Source of the DNA: Monocercomonoides exilis PA203
Lineage: Eukaryota; Protista; Preaxostyla
Length of the DNA: 64,000 nt
Assembly (NCBI GenBank): GCA_001643675.2
Contig: LSRY02000034.1
Span: forward strand, 62,001 to 126,000
Reading direction: 5' to 3'
Part shown: in pieces, positions 10,160 through 25,100 of the stretch
Numbering within the stretch: position 1 is the stretch's first letter
How the letters are laid out: every line of letters begins with the position of its first letter
Translations under genes and position numbers: made by a program
Notes under the pieces: generated by a model
Seen by the model: the letters and a program-made list of their open reading frames with translations, nothing else
Told to the model about the DNA's origin: nothing
Databases searched by the model: none

Positions 10160-13100
10160 TTATATGACGATATGAATGTTTGATTGAAGAACTTGCTCAT
10201 CTGTATCTTGAGACGGAATTGATAGTTTTATTCCAGAATTTTTATGTGAATTTGAAGAAAATAGTGGAATATCAATGAAATGGTTTACAATTTTTGGAGT
10301 GATTAATGCTGAATCCTCTTGTTGTGCATTTGGTTGTTCGGATTCTTTCTTGCTTCTTGCAGCATCTTTTGAAGAGCTTTGATTCAAAACGGAAGGATTA
10401 ACAGCAGAAATGGATGCATTGTTTTTGTAAGAAGATCCTTGCTTGTCTTCATCTTTAGAAGGAGTTATCCATAGAATCGGTAGAGGAGAAAACAAGAATG
10501 GAGACGAAGCACTTAAATAATGAGTAATCGAAGGATGTTGAAGTGAACCAAACGAAGTGAATGAAGAAGATTGCAGAAGAGAGCAAACAGGATGAGGTGT
10601 GATGGAAAGAGCAGAAGCAGAAGTGTTCCATACTGCTCCCTGCAGACTGAGCGAATCAATAAACACTCCGTGGAGTGGGCGTTGGTGATGAGCAATTAGA
10701 GGCGATTCACCGGTCTGCTTAGAGTGAAAATCAATTTGAGAAGGAGATGAAATGGTTGCTACAGTTGAATTATGCTGTGCCAGCTGCTGACTTTGCTGTT
10801 GCTTGCTCATCTTTTCACCTTTACCATCAAGCACTTCGGGAGGCATATCATAATAGTTCGGCGATTCATTTCTTTTTGCTTCAATTTGTTGATTCTCTGG
10901 CTTCACTTGCATTTTCTCCATGAATTCCGCATCAATTTTGCTATGTAGCTGCTCGTTCATCACCTGGACTTTGATAGCCACTTTGTCGAACGGAGTTTCA
11001 TTGATAAGAGAATATGATCGTTTAATGGCAGTGAACAGCGAATCAGGGCAGTAAAAGTATTGAAGTCTGAAAGCATATGGATCGCCTTCTTTTATCCAGC
11101 TTTGGAAAAACTGAGCAGCAGAAGCCACAACATCCAAAAACACGCACAGATGTTCCACTTTGAAGAACGAAAGAGAGTTCCACAATTTTGGTACAGAACC
11201 CGACAAAATATCATTCATTATTTCGATCAACTCCGGAGTCAGCTTCTCTTCTCCGTTCATTCCTCTGATCAACGCCTTTGTTGTTGCACGCATTTCTCTG
11301 ATCAAGCAATTGTGCTTTTCAACTTCCACCTTTGCCAACTGCACCATTGGATTGTTTGTTGAGTCAAGACGAAGATCATCATCACCCATGTTTTCGGCAT
11401 TCATTCCACGCATCAGAGCTTCCGTTGAGCTGGGTCTCAGCGCTTTTTGTCTTTGGCGCAACTTTCGCTTTGCTTCAAGTTCTCGTTCTTTTTCTTTCTT
11501 TGGATCGAATGCCGAGGGAGTGATGGGTGCCTTTGCAGCAATTGGAGTTACAAGAGGCGTTTGTCTAACTTCAGCAGTAACTTGCAATTCTGGAACGACT
11601 GTAAACTTTGGATTAGAATCGTTAAAGTTAATAGGCTTTGGAAGCTTTGATTGCAAAGTTATTAGAAGATTCCTTATTTGCGAAATTTGCATAGAAACAA
11701 GTTGAGCGCTTTTTTGCTGTTCGGTAATTTTTCCTTTCTCACTTTCAGTTTTTGATTCTTTCATTTTACTCGTTGTATTATCCTCTGAGTTATTCTTCTC
11801 GCTGTTGCTTAATTGGCTATTCAACCGTTTGCTAATATCGGAAACTTCTTCAGTTGCAACTCTGCCTTTACTCGATGGCTTTTCAAGCAATTTATCAATA
11901 ACGCCAAAGATGGTTTCTTTTTGCTCTTCAGTTTTTTCAGCAAATGGAGACGGTGGGAGATGCAAAATTTGCAGAAGCGATGAATCATCGAGAGCATTAA
12001 TATAAGAAATATACTTAGATGGCTTAGCTGAAAACGAAGGGAAAGGAGGGACGGAAGGAAGCGGAGAGGAAAAGATCGCTGATGATGATGTTGAATATGC
12101 AGACGAATAAGGTGAAACAGCAGAGACCATTGATGCTCCAACAGAATCAGAAGAAGCAAGTGCATCAATTTGAGATTGGAGTTGTTTGCCTTGTGAATCT
12201 CTCAGGTTCACCACAACACTCGTTCGTGGTGATGGCTGCATTGATCCATTACGTGAACAGTCTTCAGATGCAATTGGAGAGGCAGCATTGCTGGCATTGA
12301 CGAATGAATTGAAAATATGCTCGCTAAAGAATGTAGACAGAAGTGATGTCAAGAGCTTCCTGTCAGACTCAGTGCTTAAGCATGCCTCGTATATCTCTTC
12401 CTTCAAATATGTGCGAACTTTTGATAGGAACTTGCTGATTTGCTGAAGACGGAGCGTTTTTGCATCTTCACTTTCTTCAACTTTTTCCTTTTCTTTTTCA
12501 CTTTCATTCTCTTTGCTCCTCTTTTTGGCTTTTCCTTTTGGTGCTTTTTCTTTCTCCTTCTTTGCTCTTTCAATTTCTGCTTCAGCTTCAATATCAACTG
12601 GACTAATAAGTGCGTTCTGATCATCCAGCATGTTGCTAAGCTCAATTGCTGCTCTCTTCAGATCCTCATCTCCCCAGAACACCCCACTCTTTGCACAGAA
12701 TGTGCCGTCCGAAGTGTCCCATCCACAGACGTTGAAGTTGAGGCGAGCTTTGATAGAGGAATGGAAAAGAACGAGCGCAAAAAGCAGCCTTTTCCATTCG
12801 AAAGGATGAGATACATGCTCACGAATGAGAGAAGCACACATGTTATAAGACGATACCAATCGCTGCCGGACAGAAGTGACGGTAAAAAGAGACGGATAAG
12901 AGGGAACATTCATGAGAGAAAAGGTAGGTAGCTTCATAGAAGGCGTCATAGGTGAACGCGCACGATTGACAGAAGATGAAGGCCGCGATGAACAAGGTGT
13001 AGCTGCAGCAGAAGGGGATGTTGAATGAACAGGAGATGCTGTTCTCGATGCACGCTTTTCAAGCAAAGGTGTTGGAGGTACAGTACTAGAAGCTTCAACG

Positions 13101-16100
13101 AAAAGTTTGATGCTGAATTGCAGTGCAGCTCTAGGAATAGATGCAAAGTACTCAGAACCAGCTGTTGGAAGGCATTGAGGCACAATAAACAACCTGAATC
13201 CATTTGGCAGATGTGTTGGATGCAATCTGATCTGATCCAAAATGATCTGGAGCGTTTTTCCATCAGAATTCTTATACGGCTCGGACGGTGTTGCTGCATC
13301 AGAGATAGGATGACAACATACACATATCCAACGTCCTTCCTCCTTCGCCGCATCAAATACAGAAAGGATGTGAGACACATCGCTTTCACAAGAAGAGAGC
13401 CTTTCAATCTGAATAGGTGTTTCTTGTTTGTCTGATATCTCTTTCAGCACACTGATTGGATTCTTTGATACACAATTCGTTAGTAAAATTGGCTCGAATG
13501 GCTTTGAATTCTTAATGATATCTTCAATTGATCCAACAGGAATCGAATTACTATCAACTTCATTTGTTTGTCCTGGTGTTGCAATCTGTTTTGGCAACAG
13601 AACCGGAGTCATTGACGATGTGCTATTCTTATTTGAATGTTCTCTGGTACGTTGATTACGCAGAGACTTTGGTTGACTCATAACGAGATCACTCAGCGAA
13701 ACAACTGTTCCCAGAATGCGATTAGCAAACATATGGAGTGCAGGCATCAGACGATCAGGCCTTAACGCATCAACAACAAGCAATTGCTGCATCGGCGTGA
13801 GACAGTTGCTCCACGGCTCAGGCATTGAAACAAGTTCAGGCGTATTTGAAATACACCACTTGCCCCACTCTCCACGGGATGTTTCCGTGATCGATGAAAC
13901 AATTCCAAGCCAAGGCTTTTCTTCTTGTGTATGGATTACATCATGTTTGGTACTTGAAGAAGCAGAGGATTCTGCCTGGTTTGTGTTCGTGTTTGCTTTG
14001 GCTTCAGATAGTGACTCTCGTTCGATGTTGCTTGAATCACGCCCGCCTGAAGGAGAAGCAGGTGTAGATACTCTCATTCCTCTTCGAGATGCACGTGATT
14101 GAGAGGCCCTTGTTCCTGTTCTCGGAAGCTTGTGATCGGTGGAAGGATGAGAAAGATCTTGAAGATTTGAATGCACAGGAGTGACTTTTGTAATGACACA
14201 TTCCTCCAGCTCGTTGATGCGCTTCCACTGTTCAATTGTTAAAAATGTTGGTTTTTCGTTTGAGAAGTTTTGAATCCATTCTCCTTGATCATCATTTGTT
14301 TGAAGTTTTGTAGAGGCACTTTCTGAAGCCATTGTTGGAGATGGTATAACTGAAGGAGAAGAGGGTGCAACACCTTCGTCTGACAACAAATTATCTTTTG
14401 GATCTTTCTGTGAAATGCGATCAACTTCTTTGCCTTCAACGTGATCATCAAAATGTGTTGGATTCAAATAATCAGCACGATCATCTCTTTCTCCAGCATC
14501 CGTCTCTGACTGTGACTGTTCAGCGCTTGAGTGATGAGACAGAAGCCACTTCCATTCATCATCATCAATGCTATGTTCAATCTTCCCAACAAAAGCAGCA
14601 GATAAAATTTCAAACACCAATGCGTCTTCTTCAAGCATTCCATGCGAAATGCAAGAAAGAACATTTCTTGTTACACATTGTCCCAATTCCATTTCTGTTA
14701 CACTGGCCAATCGTTGCTTATCTGAACGAACTGCATATGAAATCTGCTTTCCATCTTCAGTTTGCTCGCCTAACTTGTTCAATTCATTCTCACTGTCTCT
14801 GTTAAGATCGGCCAAGCTTCCTTTAACCCTACTCAATTCTCGTTCACTAACTCCGAACAGTTTCACAGTACGTTCGACAACACCTAAAATTTGTGATAAT
14901 GGGAACTGATATGCACAGCCAGAAGAGATCATCTTTTGCGAAGCTACAATAAGTTGTGTTACTTTCCGCGCAATAGAGCGGAACTCTTCTCGCTCTGTTG
15001 TGACTGCCAATGCAGCTGATGCGTTTGATAGAGTGCGATTTCTTATTTCAATGCAATTTGATCTGCTTTTTTCGAATGTTGTAATTGCTCGTTCCCGTTG
15101 CTGCTTTATGACCTCCTTTTCTGTTGTTTCTGAATACTTTTCTTCGGTTTTTTTATCATCAACATCGACTTCCTCTTTCTTTTCATCAGCTCCTTCACCA
15201 ACATTATTCTCATCCTCTTCCTTTTTCAAAGGAGATTCCAGCTTCAACGCATCTGGCGAGAAGGTCAGAGTTTCATCATCACAAAGAAGCGAACTTGTAA
15301 CCTCTCCCAGAGCAGCTAACATGGCTGCTTGTTCCTTTTTCATCTGAGCTACATCTCTACTCGTTTTGTCAAGTATTGAATTGTGTTCATCTTCCAGTTG
15401 CGGGCATCGATGAGATACAATCAACGACAAAATCTTCTCTTCAGCACCGGCTGCTGTAAACGGGAATAAAACCACTGGAGTGCTAACGAGTAATGAAGGT
15501 GGTATGTATGGTGCAGGGTTCGTGGTAACCAGTGTGAGCGAGAAAGCTGGAGAAATAGAAATAGTGACAGAATTGGATAAAGCCAAAGTTTTGTTTGCAT
15601 TCAATGAAGCAGGCTGAGCTAACGCAGCAGAAGAGGAAGAGGACGATAATGTTGATGCAGATGCAGATGGAATTGGATTCGTTTGAAATACAATGTTTGT
15701 TAAGTCCTTCGAGAGAAGTTGCTGTATAAGCGGATGAAATCTGTCAATTATATTTTGAGAAATGGCATTTGACCCAGAAAGGTTCGGAGTATCGAATGCA
15801 TTTGTCTCAATAATCAATGGATAGCCATGCCTTACACATGATTCAATTGTCTTTGAAAGTGCTTCATCTCGTTCATGGCAGAAATGTGCTCCTCGTCCCT
15901 TCCACACGCTTTTCATCCACTTCAAAGCCTGCATTTCTGGATCAATCACGATCGAACATCGCTTTGTGAGATTGCTTCTTGTCAGAATAATTGCAGAAGC
16001 AATACTAACAGAATCGTTGTTTAGTCCTGCATTGCTTTGAGTCCACTGTCTGATTGTAACAGTATCACCAAGTATTTCATCCAGATAGAATGACCCTTCT

Positions 16101-19100
16101 CCATTTGATGTGTAGTGTGGCAATCCATTTGCTGTTAGCAGTTCGGCCCAGCCATCCACAAGCGCACGGCGGTGCTCAGCGTTCAGAGGTCCCAAATACA
16201 CAAGCGATGCTGCAGATAAAAGAGCATCTCCAACCAAAGTGGAGAGAGACGCTGAAACATTGTTCAGCGATTCCTTCCACGATATTTCCGCTTCTGATTC
16301 CATTTCTTCCAGCAGATTTTCGCCTTTTTCGATCAACTTATTTGTTTGCGTTATCATTTCAATAACTGCTTCCTTATGTGCTTCAGCTATTGCCAATGCC
16401 TCTTGTTTTTCATCTCTCGCTTTCACCGCATCTTCCGAGTTTTGTGTCTTTTCAAGCAAAAGCTTCTCACAATCACTGAGACGAACATCAATATCCTTAA
16501 GCAGATCGCGTTTTGGCTGCACTTCACGTGACACTTCAGAATAGTCATACAGCGCACGAACCCACGCACACAGTGTCTTTGCAGCTGTGGAGACTGCTTC
16601 TATCACTTCTGGCTGGAATTTTGGTGAGGAAATAAAAGTCTTTCTTAAATGCTTCTTTGTCTCTTCGTCAAGAGATTCGATGTCGAAGTCCTCAAACCTC
16701 AGCGAAATGTCGAATGTGAGGAATTTCTTGGCAGAGTCCCAAGTCTGCGGCTCTTTGAAGATCAGACAAACTGCCTGCATCACAAACATCACCAAATCTG
16801 GCGGCTTCACAAAGGAGCGTATTTCCTGAATGTCCTGCTTTGATAGTGTCTGAAGTGCTTTAACGCACTGGTTGTAGCGCGGTAAAGCTCTATTCAACTC
16901 TTTTGTTATCTCTTCAGCTGTTGTGTTTCGCTCATTCTGGATTTCGTCTCTGTTTCGCTTGACATTTGCCTCTTCTTCTTCCTTCTGTGACAAGTTCTTC
17001 TCTTCAATGTCCAATTCTTCTCTCTTCTTTTTCACTTCCTTCATTGCGGCATCCAAAACTGGCGCAAGTTGTGTTTTCTTTGATTTCAGTGCTTCAATGT
17101 CGTCTTTCGTCTTATCAATTGATTGAACTCCGAGAATTAGCGCAGACTGTTCTTGTGTGAGTCTCTCAGTTAATTCTCTATGGATTCGCTCAAATGTGTG
17201 GAGTAAGTTGTTGAACATGACCGAAGAAACATACGTGATACATGGAGACCGACGTTGCTTCTCATTTTGTCTACTGTTAAAACCATTTACCGAATGTTCA
17301 TTCGTTTGATTCGTTTGATTTCCATCATTTTTGTGATCTTTATCTTCCATTAATTCATTATTCCGGTCTTTCTCTTCAAGCAATAGTCCGTTAACGATGT
17401 TCTTTAATGAATCTATTACTCCATTTAGTAAACACTCATCTTCTTCTTTCGCAATTCTGTCCGTAAACTCAATAACAAGTTGATGCATCGAGACACATGC
17501 ATTCACAACCAGTGGAAGAACGTGCGTTTGCAATGGCCAATTCATCGCAACTCGCCAAGCTATCTGCAGAAGACTGTCGTTTGAAGGCACACCAATAGAA
17601 AGCAGATGACAATGATGAAGAATTGAAGGATAGATCGAAACGGGAGATGAAGGAGGCAAATAGGTGGATGATGAGGTTGAAGGAGATTGCGAAAGCAAAG
17701 TAAGAACTTTGTGTATTGACTTGGATGATCCATAACCCAATGATAAATCAGTGTTGGAAAAAGCGAATGCAATGTGAACATTATTTCTGATTGAAAGATG
17801 GAGCTTGTAAAGCAAAAGCCCTCTGTCAATATCCAAATCCTGCTCTTTGTCAAAGTCCTGTCCGAACTCAGATCTCGTCTCTCCTCTGCTTCCTGGATCA
17901 TGTTCAGTGTAATCTTCCATTTGAACTGCCCTCTCTTGCTCTTGTCTGAAGAGAATATCAACGATTTTGTCTTCTTCTTCTGGTTGGAAAAGATTCGAGC
18001 ATTCACCTTCATCAAGAATTTGCGTGATTTCCTGCATGAGCCAGGAGACTTTGCAATCATCGTCATCAAAAAGGAGAATAAACTTCTGATCATTAACAGC
18101 AGCTTCTTTTGCAATGCGCTTCATTTCAGTTCGAAACGCATCGTGACTTTGTTTAACTTCATTGGCCGTGTTTGAATTTGCAATTCCCCTTATGAACCTT
18201 TCTTCTGTCTGTTGGCTAACTGTTTCAGAATCACCAATATCACCACCCCTTTTGGATTCGCCCCTCATTTTTCCTAAGTTGTCCACAACTGTCATCCGCG
18301 ACATGGCTGCACAGAGTCGAATGAGTGTTTTCTTTTCTCCTCCAATACCTCCATTCAACACAATATGTCCGCGAGGAAATCGGAGAATGCGCGAAATGTG
18401 GGCCAAATGCATAAGATTGTCTTCGCATAGGTCAAGTGAAATGGGCTGAAGATCCTGATGCACAAGCTGTGGAGGGAATAATGCAAGGGAAATACCCTTT
18501 TCTTTCAATTCTTTTTCTTTCTCTTTCAAAAATGCGAGCTTTTGTGGAATCAGGCGATTGTGGTTGTCAATGTGTTTTTCAACAAGCTCTGCCAGAGAGT
18601 TATCAATTGGTATTTCTCGATAAACTCGTTCTTGTGCAGCTCCACTGTTCTGCCCAGCTGTGTTCCCATTCATTCCATTATCCTCAAATTCTTTTCCATT
18701 TAATAAATCTTCGCTACTATCATTCAAATTGAATCTTCTTTCTTCTTCTAAGTTTTCAGAAGGAATCGTTGAGAAGTCAGAAAAAAGCAATGTGTTTGGA
18801 TTCTTCAAGTTCAAATCCGCAAGAAAATCGTCTTCAAACACACCAAATCCTTCTTTGACAATCTTCATAATTTGCGTGTCAAACACTTTTTTCTGAGGAA
18901 GCTCAATCAATGGATCGCGGAATGAGCGTGTTATTTCGTGTATCCACAGGCGAGCAAGCGATTGTGGCGAGACAAAAGATCTCGGAGAGGCACTTAGCAC
19001 ACCACGCAGTGCACGGAACAATGAATGAGTGGTGACAAGAGGAATGGATGTGGAGAATGGCAGCAGAGGAGATAGTTGTTCCTTCAGTGATGAATAAAGA

Positions 19101-22100
19101 GATACTGTTGCATCACACACAAATCTCGAGAAAGATTGAACAGACATTCCGATGCCTTTTGATGGGTCAGAGAGAAAAGCGCGAATTATTCCTGACACAG
19201 CAACAGAAAGCGAACTGTCAATTGGAGGCATTTGAAGAACATGGAAGTGATGTGCAAGACGAGCAAGCGAGGATTTGTAAACAGAATATGCTGAGCTCAC
19301 AGAATCATATTCAATATTCTGGCCATAAACTGCTCTTCCATTTTGTGAAGTTGACAATGTTTCCACGAAAATCGTATCACAAACTTCAGTAAATGAATTA
19401 TCATTCACTGCAAATGCACCTCCATCTTCCAATATTTGCCTTGAAAGCTCCAAAGCCGAAGTAAACGGAGCTCGTTTTGAATGCAAAGACTGATTTAATG
19501 AATCACTTGAGTTTAACATTTCAATGTTCTCAAGCAAAACAATTGCTTTTTTCCCTATTGGTGGTCCAATCAGCGAAGTTCTTCTCTGAACGAGCTGATC
19601 CCGGAGGCTCAACTTGACATCATTGGCACTTGTCTTTGCAGAGCAAGTGATTGTGACTGGATATATCGTTTCCACCCATTGCTGCGATCCAAAAAGATGT
19701 CGCATCATCGAACTTTTCCCACTGCCGTATTCGCCAACAAGAAGCACATTTTGCCCCGCTTCAGCTAAAATCTTTAACACAGTTGAGGTTGCGAGTGATT
19801 CGTTTGTAGGAACATAAGCCATTTCAAGAGGGAGTGCAGGCGGCAAACGGAACACTGCGTTGTTTCTTGAGCTCCACTTTTCCCACTGATCCGTCTGATT
19901 ATCTACGACCACATCGAAAATGTTAACATTTTTGGGAAAAGCAACATCGCCAACAAAACTTACATATTCATCGTCATCTGCAAATAATGCAGAAGGGTGA
20001 AGTGAGCTTAATCTTGTGGAAGGTGTCATATTTCCATCAGTTGCGAATGAACCAATTGAATATGTACTCCTCTGTGTTAGTCCAGTAGCACTTGGAGTCG
20101 TGGATGTAACCCGTTTTTCGCTAAGGCATACCAATCCTAACAGAAATTGATTGAACTTCTGTTTGCTTTCTTCGCTCAGAACAGAGCCAACAGTCCAAGT
20201 AATAGCAAAAATTAAGTGTTTAGCTGCAAGTGACTGTGAATAATCTGTATCAGCAAACTTCTTCGACTTCAACAGCTCAATCCACTTGCTTAGAGAGATA
20301 TTGAATTGATTTGATTCCGAACCTAACATGCTGGCTTTGCCCAATATTTGCTGTCCTGCTTCTCCACCAGTTCCCTTTTCATTCGCATATGTCCTCTCTG
20401 CTCGGTACACACGCGACGTTGTCGGATTGGACGGCTGTGCAAATGATGAAGGTGCAAGAAGCTCACGTTCTGTGTCTGCTCGTGATGTTGACGGAGTGGT
20501 TGGTAAAAGCGCAGCCAGTTTCTTCACTGATCCTTGTCTGCGCTGCATCTTCTTTGACTTCATTCGACTTGCACCGCGTTCTTCTTGTGCTGCTTTCCCT
20601 TTGAGTTTCTTTCCATCAGTCGAGTTTGGAGTAGGTGCCATCGATGAAGAAGATGCAGTATTGTTTGCCTCTGGCTTTGAAAGAGAGTTAACTCCCCTCT
20701 TTGACTGCTCCTCTGACGCAGCCGTGGTTGCGAGGAATGTGAAGAGCTGAAGCGTTGACGAAAGAAGATGAGGCAGAGTCGAAAAGATGCAAAGTTTAAG
20801 GCTGTTTGGATACAAATCCTTGTTGGCATCAGACATGTTTGGTGTGGAAATTTGAATGTCTGATGCTGAATATGCTTGTCCTGTTGGAGAAAGAGACAAC
20901 GACGAATTGATTGCGCCTAACTCTGAAAGATAAGGTGAAGGCGTATTTGGTTGTGTCTCATTGTTGTTTTCGTTGCTCTGCTTATTTGCATTTCTATTAT
21001 TTCCCATGCCATTTTCAGCAAGAAAACGGAAAATGGGGAAAACGAAGTATTTCAACGCATTTTTCGCAAAGGCATCACGAGAAGGAAACGCACCCACAAA
21101 CATCTTCTGCCACATTTGTGCAATGCCAACCCAAGAAATGTTGATGTCATCCAAACAAATAATTCCCATTTGAGACAAAAGCGAAGGAGACAATTCAGAC
21201 GCTGAATTTAACTCGAAAACGAGCTTTGTTGATAGAGGAATGCGGAACTGTTCACCGTTTGGTAAAATGGCACTTGGAGAGAACGGATTGGCAGATTGAA
21301 TAAGCGAATAGAGAAGACTTGTAGCAGCTGGGTTTGCAGCGAGATCACCGTCTAATCGGAGAATGTTGATTGCTTCTGAATTGTCTGCTGAAGAAGTATT
21401 TTCGCTTGAAGATGAAGCAACAACTTGTTGAGTTGAAGTTGATGCAGATGATGATGCAGACGATGAAGAAGTAGAAGCTGAAGCTGAAGCAGAAGCAGAA
21501 GCAGAAGCAGAAGCAGAAGTAGCAGCAGCAGCAGAAGAAGATGATGAAGGATTTGTGGCAACCGTACTCTTTGGAATCACAGATTGTTTGAACAGTTGTC
21601 TGATTTGGGATGTTATGAGTCCTTCATTCCAACTATCCGTACTGTCTTCATAGCAACCAAACAAACTGTCATAACTTTCAACTGAAAGATGAACTGACGC
21701 AAGTTTTATTTGTGTGAAAAATCCATCTCTCAAGTTGTCTGAACCGAATCCTTTATTTTCCTCTGTCCGATTGAACTCTGATGAAACTTTGCTCTTTTTC
21801 CCTTTTTCTTTCATAATCGTTTCGCTCATTTTCTCGTTCTTTTCAAGAACTTTCTTTTGTCTCTGTATTTGTACATCGTGCAGATAGCAAACAGCATTGC
21901 ACACAGCTTTGAGCAGCGTCGTTTTCCCGCAACCTGCTGGCCCTACAATTGCGATTGCTGCCCTTTTCTGGATTGTCTCCCACAAATCTGCGCCTTTCTG
22001 GACAAGCTCATCACTGGCTGTGAAGCCAAGCTGCCAAAGATGTGCAGACAGGGCATTTCTCAAGAGTAAAGAGCGATTGAGAGAAGGAGGCGAGGCAGGA

Positions 22101-25100
22101 ACATCGCTCACTTGGAACACTTCTTGCTCGATTGCGCAGAACCTCACAAGAATAGAAGGAGAAAGGCGTGGGAAAACAACTTCGTTCAATGCCTGCAAAC
22201 ACAATGCCTGGTCTGTCTCTTCCTCATTGATCAGAAATGCATCGTCCAAATCGAAGCTTAAATCATCTTCGCCTTCATCAAATCCATAGTCGCTGTTTCT
22301 TCTCGACTGGATGGTGCTTCCTTTGCTGCGGCTGGTCTTTTCTCCTTTTATTGGCTTCATCTGCTTGTTGAGCCTTCTGACTCTCCGTTGTTCTCTCATC
22401 TTAATTCGCTGAATAATGCCTGGAATTGAGTCAAATATGAGTGCAGGTGTCCAGCTGATGTACGAAGCATCTGGAAGCTGCTCGCGGCAGACATCGATAA
22501 AGTGCGAAAAGGCGCTTGCGATGGAACGAGAAGCAGAAATGCCAGCAGAAGAGAGAGAAAGCTCAAGCAAAAGGTTTGGATTCGGTGAAATGAGAGAAAT
22601 AGGGCGGAGTGAAGTGCCGAGTGCTGTCTGAAATGCAGAGTAGAGGTTGCACGAAGTGTTTGAGGTGGAAGAAATCGAGTAAACAGAATGAGAGCTTGCG
22701 ACGAATGTGCGGGTGAATGGAGAATTCAAGATAATCATCGAATGTGGGTGAAGTGAGATTGTTTGGTTGTTATAAATAAGTGATGCTTGTTTCTGAGCAG
22801 CAGCAGAAGAAAAGTTTGAAACAAACTCTGCGAGAAGAGAAACACTTTCAATATCAAGCAATTCTGTTCCGGTAACATTGACAAACGCTCCAATCTGCGT
22901 AAAACAAGACATGAAGCGAAGCAATATTTGCCACGAAATTCCCTGATGTGTTGCCAACTCCCAGTATTCTCTTCCAATCGCCGAAGCAACTGCACGAACT
23001 GTTGCACGTTTGCCGTGCATTTCTGGAAAGCCGCTCAGAAGCGCAGATGAAGAAGCAAAGAGAGATGATATGATTGAAGTGAAAGAACTGACATTATTCT
23101 CTGTGATCAGCACAATCTCATTTTTTCCTTGTAGTTCACAGCCATACCCAAAACTTGAGTTCCCTTGCTGAACGATGCACTCTGCCTTTTCGGGATCCCA
23201 TTTCATCCGAAGCTGTCGTGTCCATTCTTGTTCATCGGCAGAGGAAATGCGATTGCGAATGAGTTCATTCACAACGTCACGCTGATGCTGAACGAGTATT
23301 ATAAGTGTTGATAGAGTTGAAAGAGGCAGAAGAGAAGCTATGTTCTTTGGCGAACTTGCCGTTGAAGCTAAAGACAAGCTATTTGTTGTTGTTGCTGCTG
23401 TTCTTGTTGCTATTGTTGCATTCAGATTCACCTCTTCTTCACCCAACGAAGCATTCAGCTGCTTATGTGCGTTCACAAACTCTTCACATAAATAATTAAG
23501 AAGCCCCACAATTTCATTCAACATGTAGTTATCTTTGCAACTTTCGCTTGCTCTCACAGGTTCTGAAGCCTTCTCAGATGAGGCATTTTCTTCGCTGTGC
23601 GCGGAGTTTCTGTTCATCTGTTCAAACGCATCTTCGACAAGTTCTGTGAATTCGATTTGAAGTGCAGTGATAATCGACTGTGATAGTTCCTGTTGGACTG
23701 CTGGCAGATATGCTTCTTCGTCACACAGCTGCAGCGAGTTCTGAAGGCTTCTGGAGATTGTGGAGCGCATTGATGACTCCAGCGTGGCTAGCCAACGATC
23801 AATATTAGCTCTCGTGCTGATTGGATCTGCGAAGAATACTTTTTCACCTGAAACACATTCAATTCCAACGATTGATTGCTTTGGCTGAGCCGAAGAAATG
23901 GCAGGCACAGCAGTTGGCGAGAGAACAGAAGACGAAGCATTTGACTGGGCAGACTGATGGCGCATAAGAGCAGATGATGTGTGATGGCGTAACAGCTCGT
24001 TGGATTTGTTTGAATCCGATCTGCCTCTTGAAAGAGGTGACAAAGCAGAAGGTGTGCTGGTGATATTTTCAATGTCTGAGACAAAGATGAGACGCCGAAT
24101 GGAATTGTACAGCTTTGAGATGACCTGCTGGATGGTTGAAGGATCATTGGCAGAGCTTGAGAGGATGCTGAGAAGCTCCGCGTTGCTGAGCAGATTAAAG
24201 CGCGGGAATGAATTCCTCTTCGAGTCAAAGAAAGAAGTCAGTTTGCGCTCGATGGAGCTCAACAGAGCGCTGCAGTTGTTCAGCGACTGAACCACATTTG
24301 GCACTTCAACCACTTTCATGCACAGCGGATTGCTTGACACAGAATCCACAAATGCTTTCCATATCGCCTCTGCCGAGTTGAACTGCTCAGCTTCTTCTGT
24401 CAGCTGCTTGTTAACATCGCTCTGGATAAAGAAGTGGTACAGTAGCACATAAAGTTTTTGGCACTTGACTTCGCTTTCTATCAGAGTTTCCAAAGTGGCT
24501 AGGTTATAATTCCATTCATCCACTTCCTTCTTCACAATAGCAATGAAAGGCGATGCCAGCATGCTTTGAGCCATCGTCAGATGTTCATTCAGTTTCAACC
24601 GAATTTCCTCCTCTCCTTCAATTCTCATCGGTGCCTTGCCCTTCACACCCAGTTTTACTCTAAAGCTTTGCGCCGCCCAGTATGCTTTGATCTCATTCAT
24701 CTGCTCAATCAGCTTGTGTTCTCCTTTCGCCAGCGAGCTAATCTGCGCAATCTGTTGTCTGTACTGCTGAGCACCAATCGACAGGAACTGCGCCACCGTC
24801 AGCGTGGGTGACCACTGCTTCCCCATCTGCTCAAACAGCTTGCGCCAGTGCCTCGGCTCCATCGCCTTGATGCACAGCGCACAGAGCAGCGGGACAAATG
24901 GCACGAAATCTGAAACCATCTCCTTCAGACGGTGCACAATTGGATCATCGATCTCGCTTTTCTCCGCAACTGACAGCTGCTTCCGCGCATCAGCAACCAC
25001 AGTGGACAGCTGCTCAGCGTCCAGCTCCGTCAGCAATGACGCTCGCCATTTCGCGCTTTCTGCAGAGAACGAGGAATACAACTTCCACACCAACTCTCTG

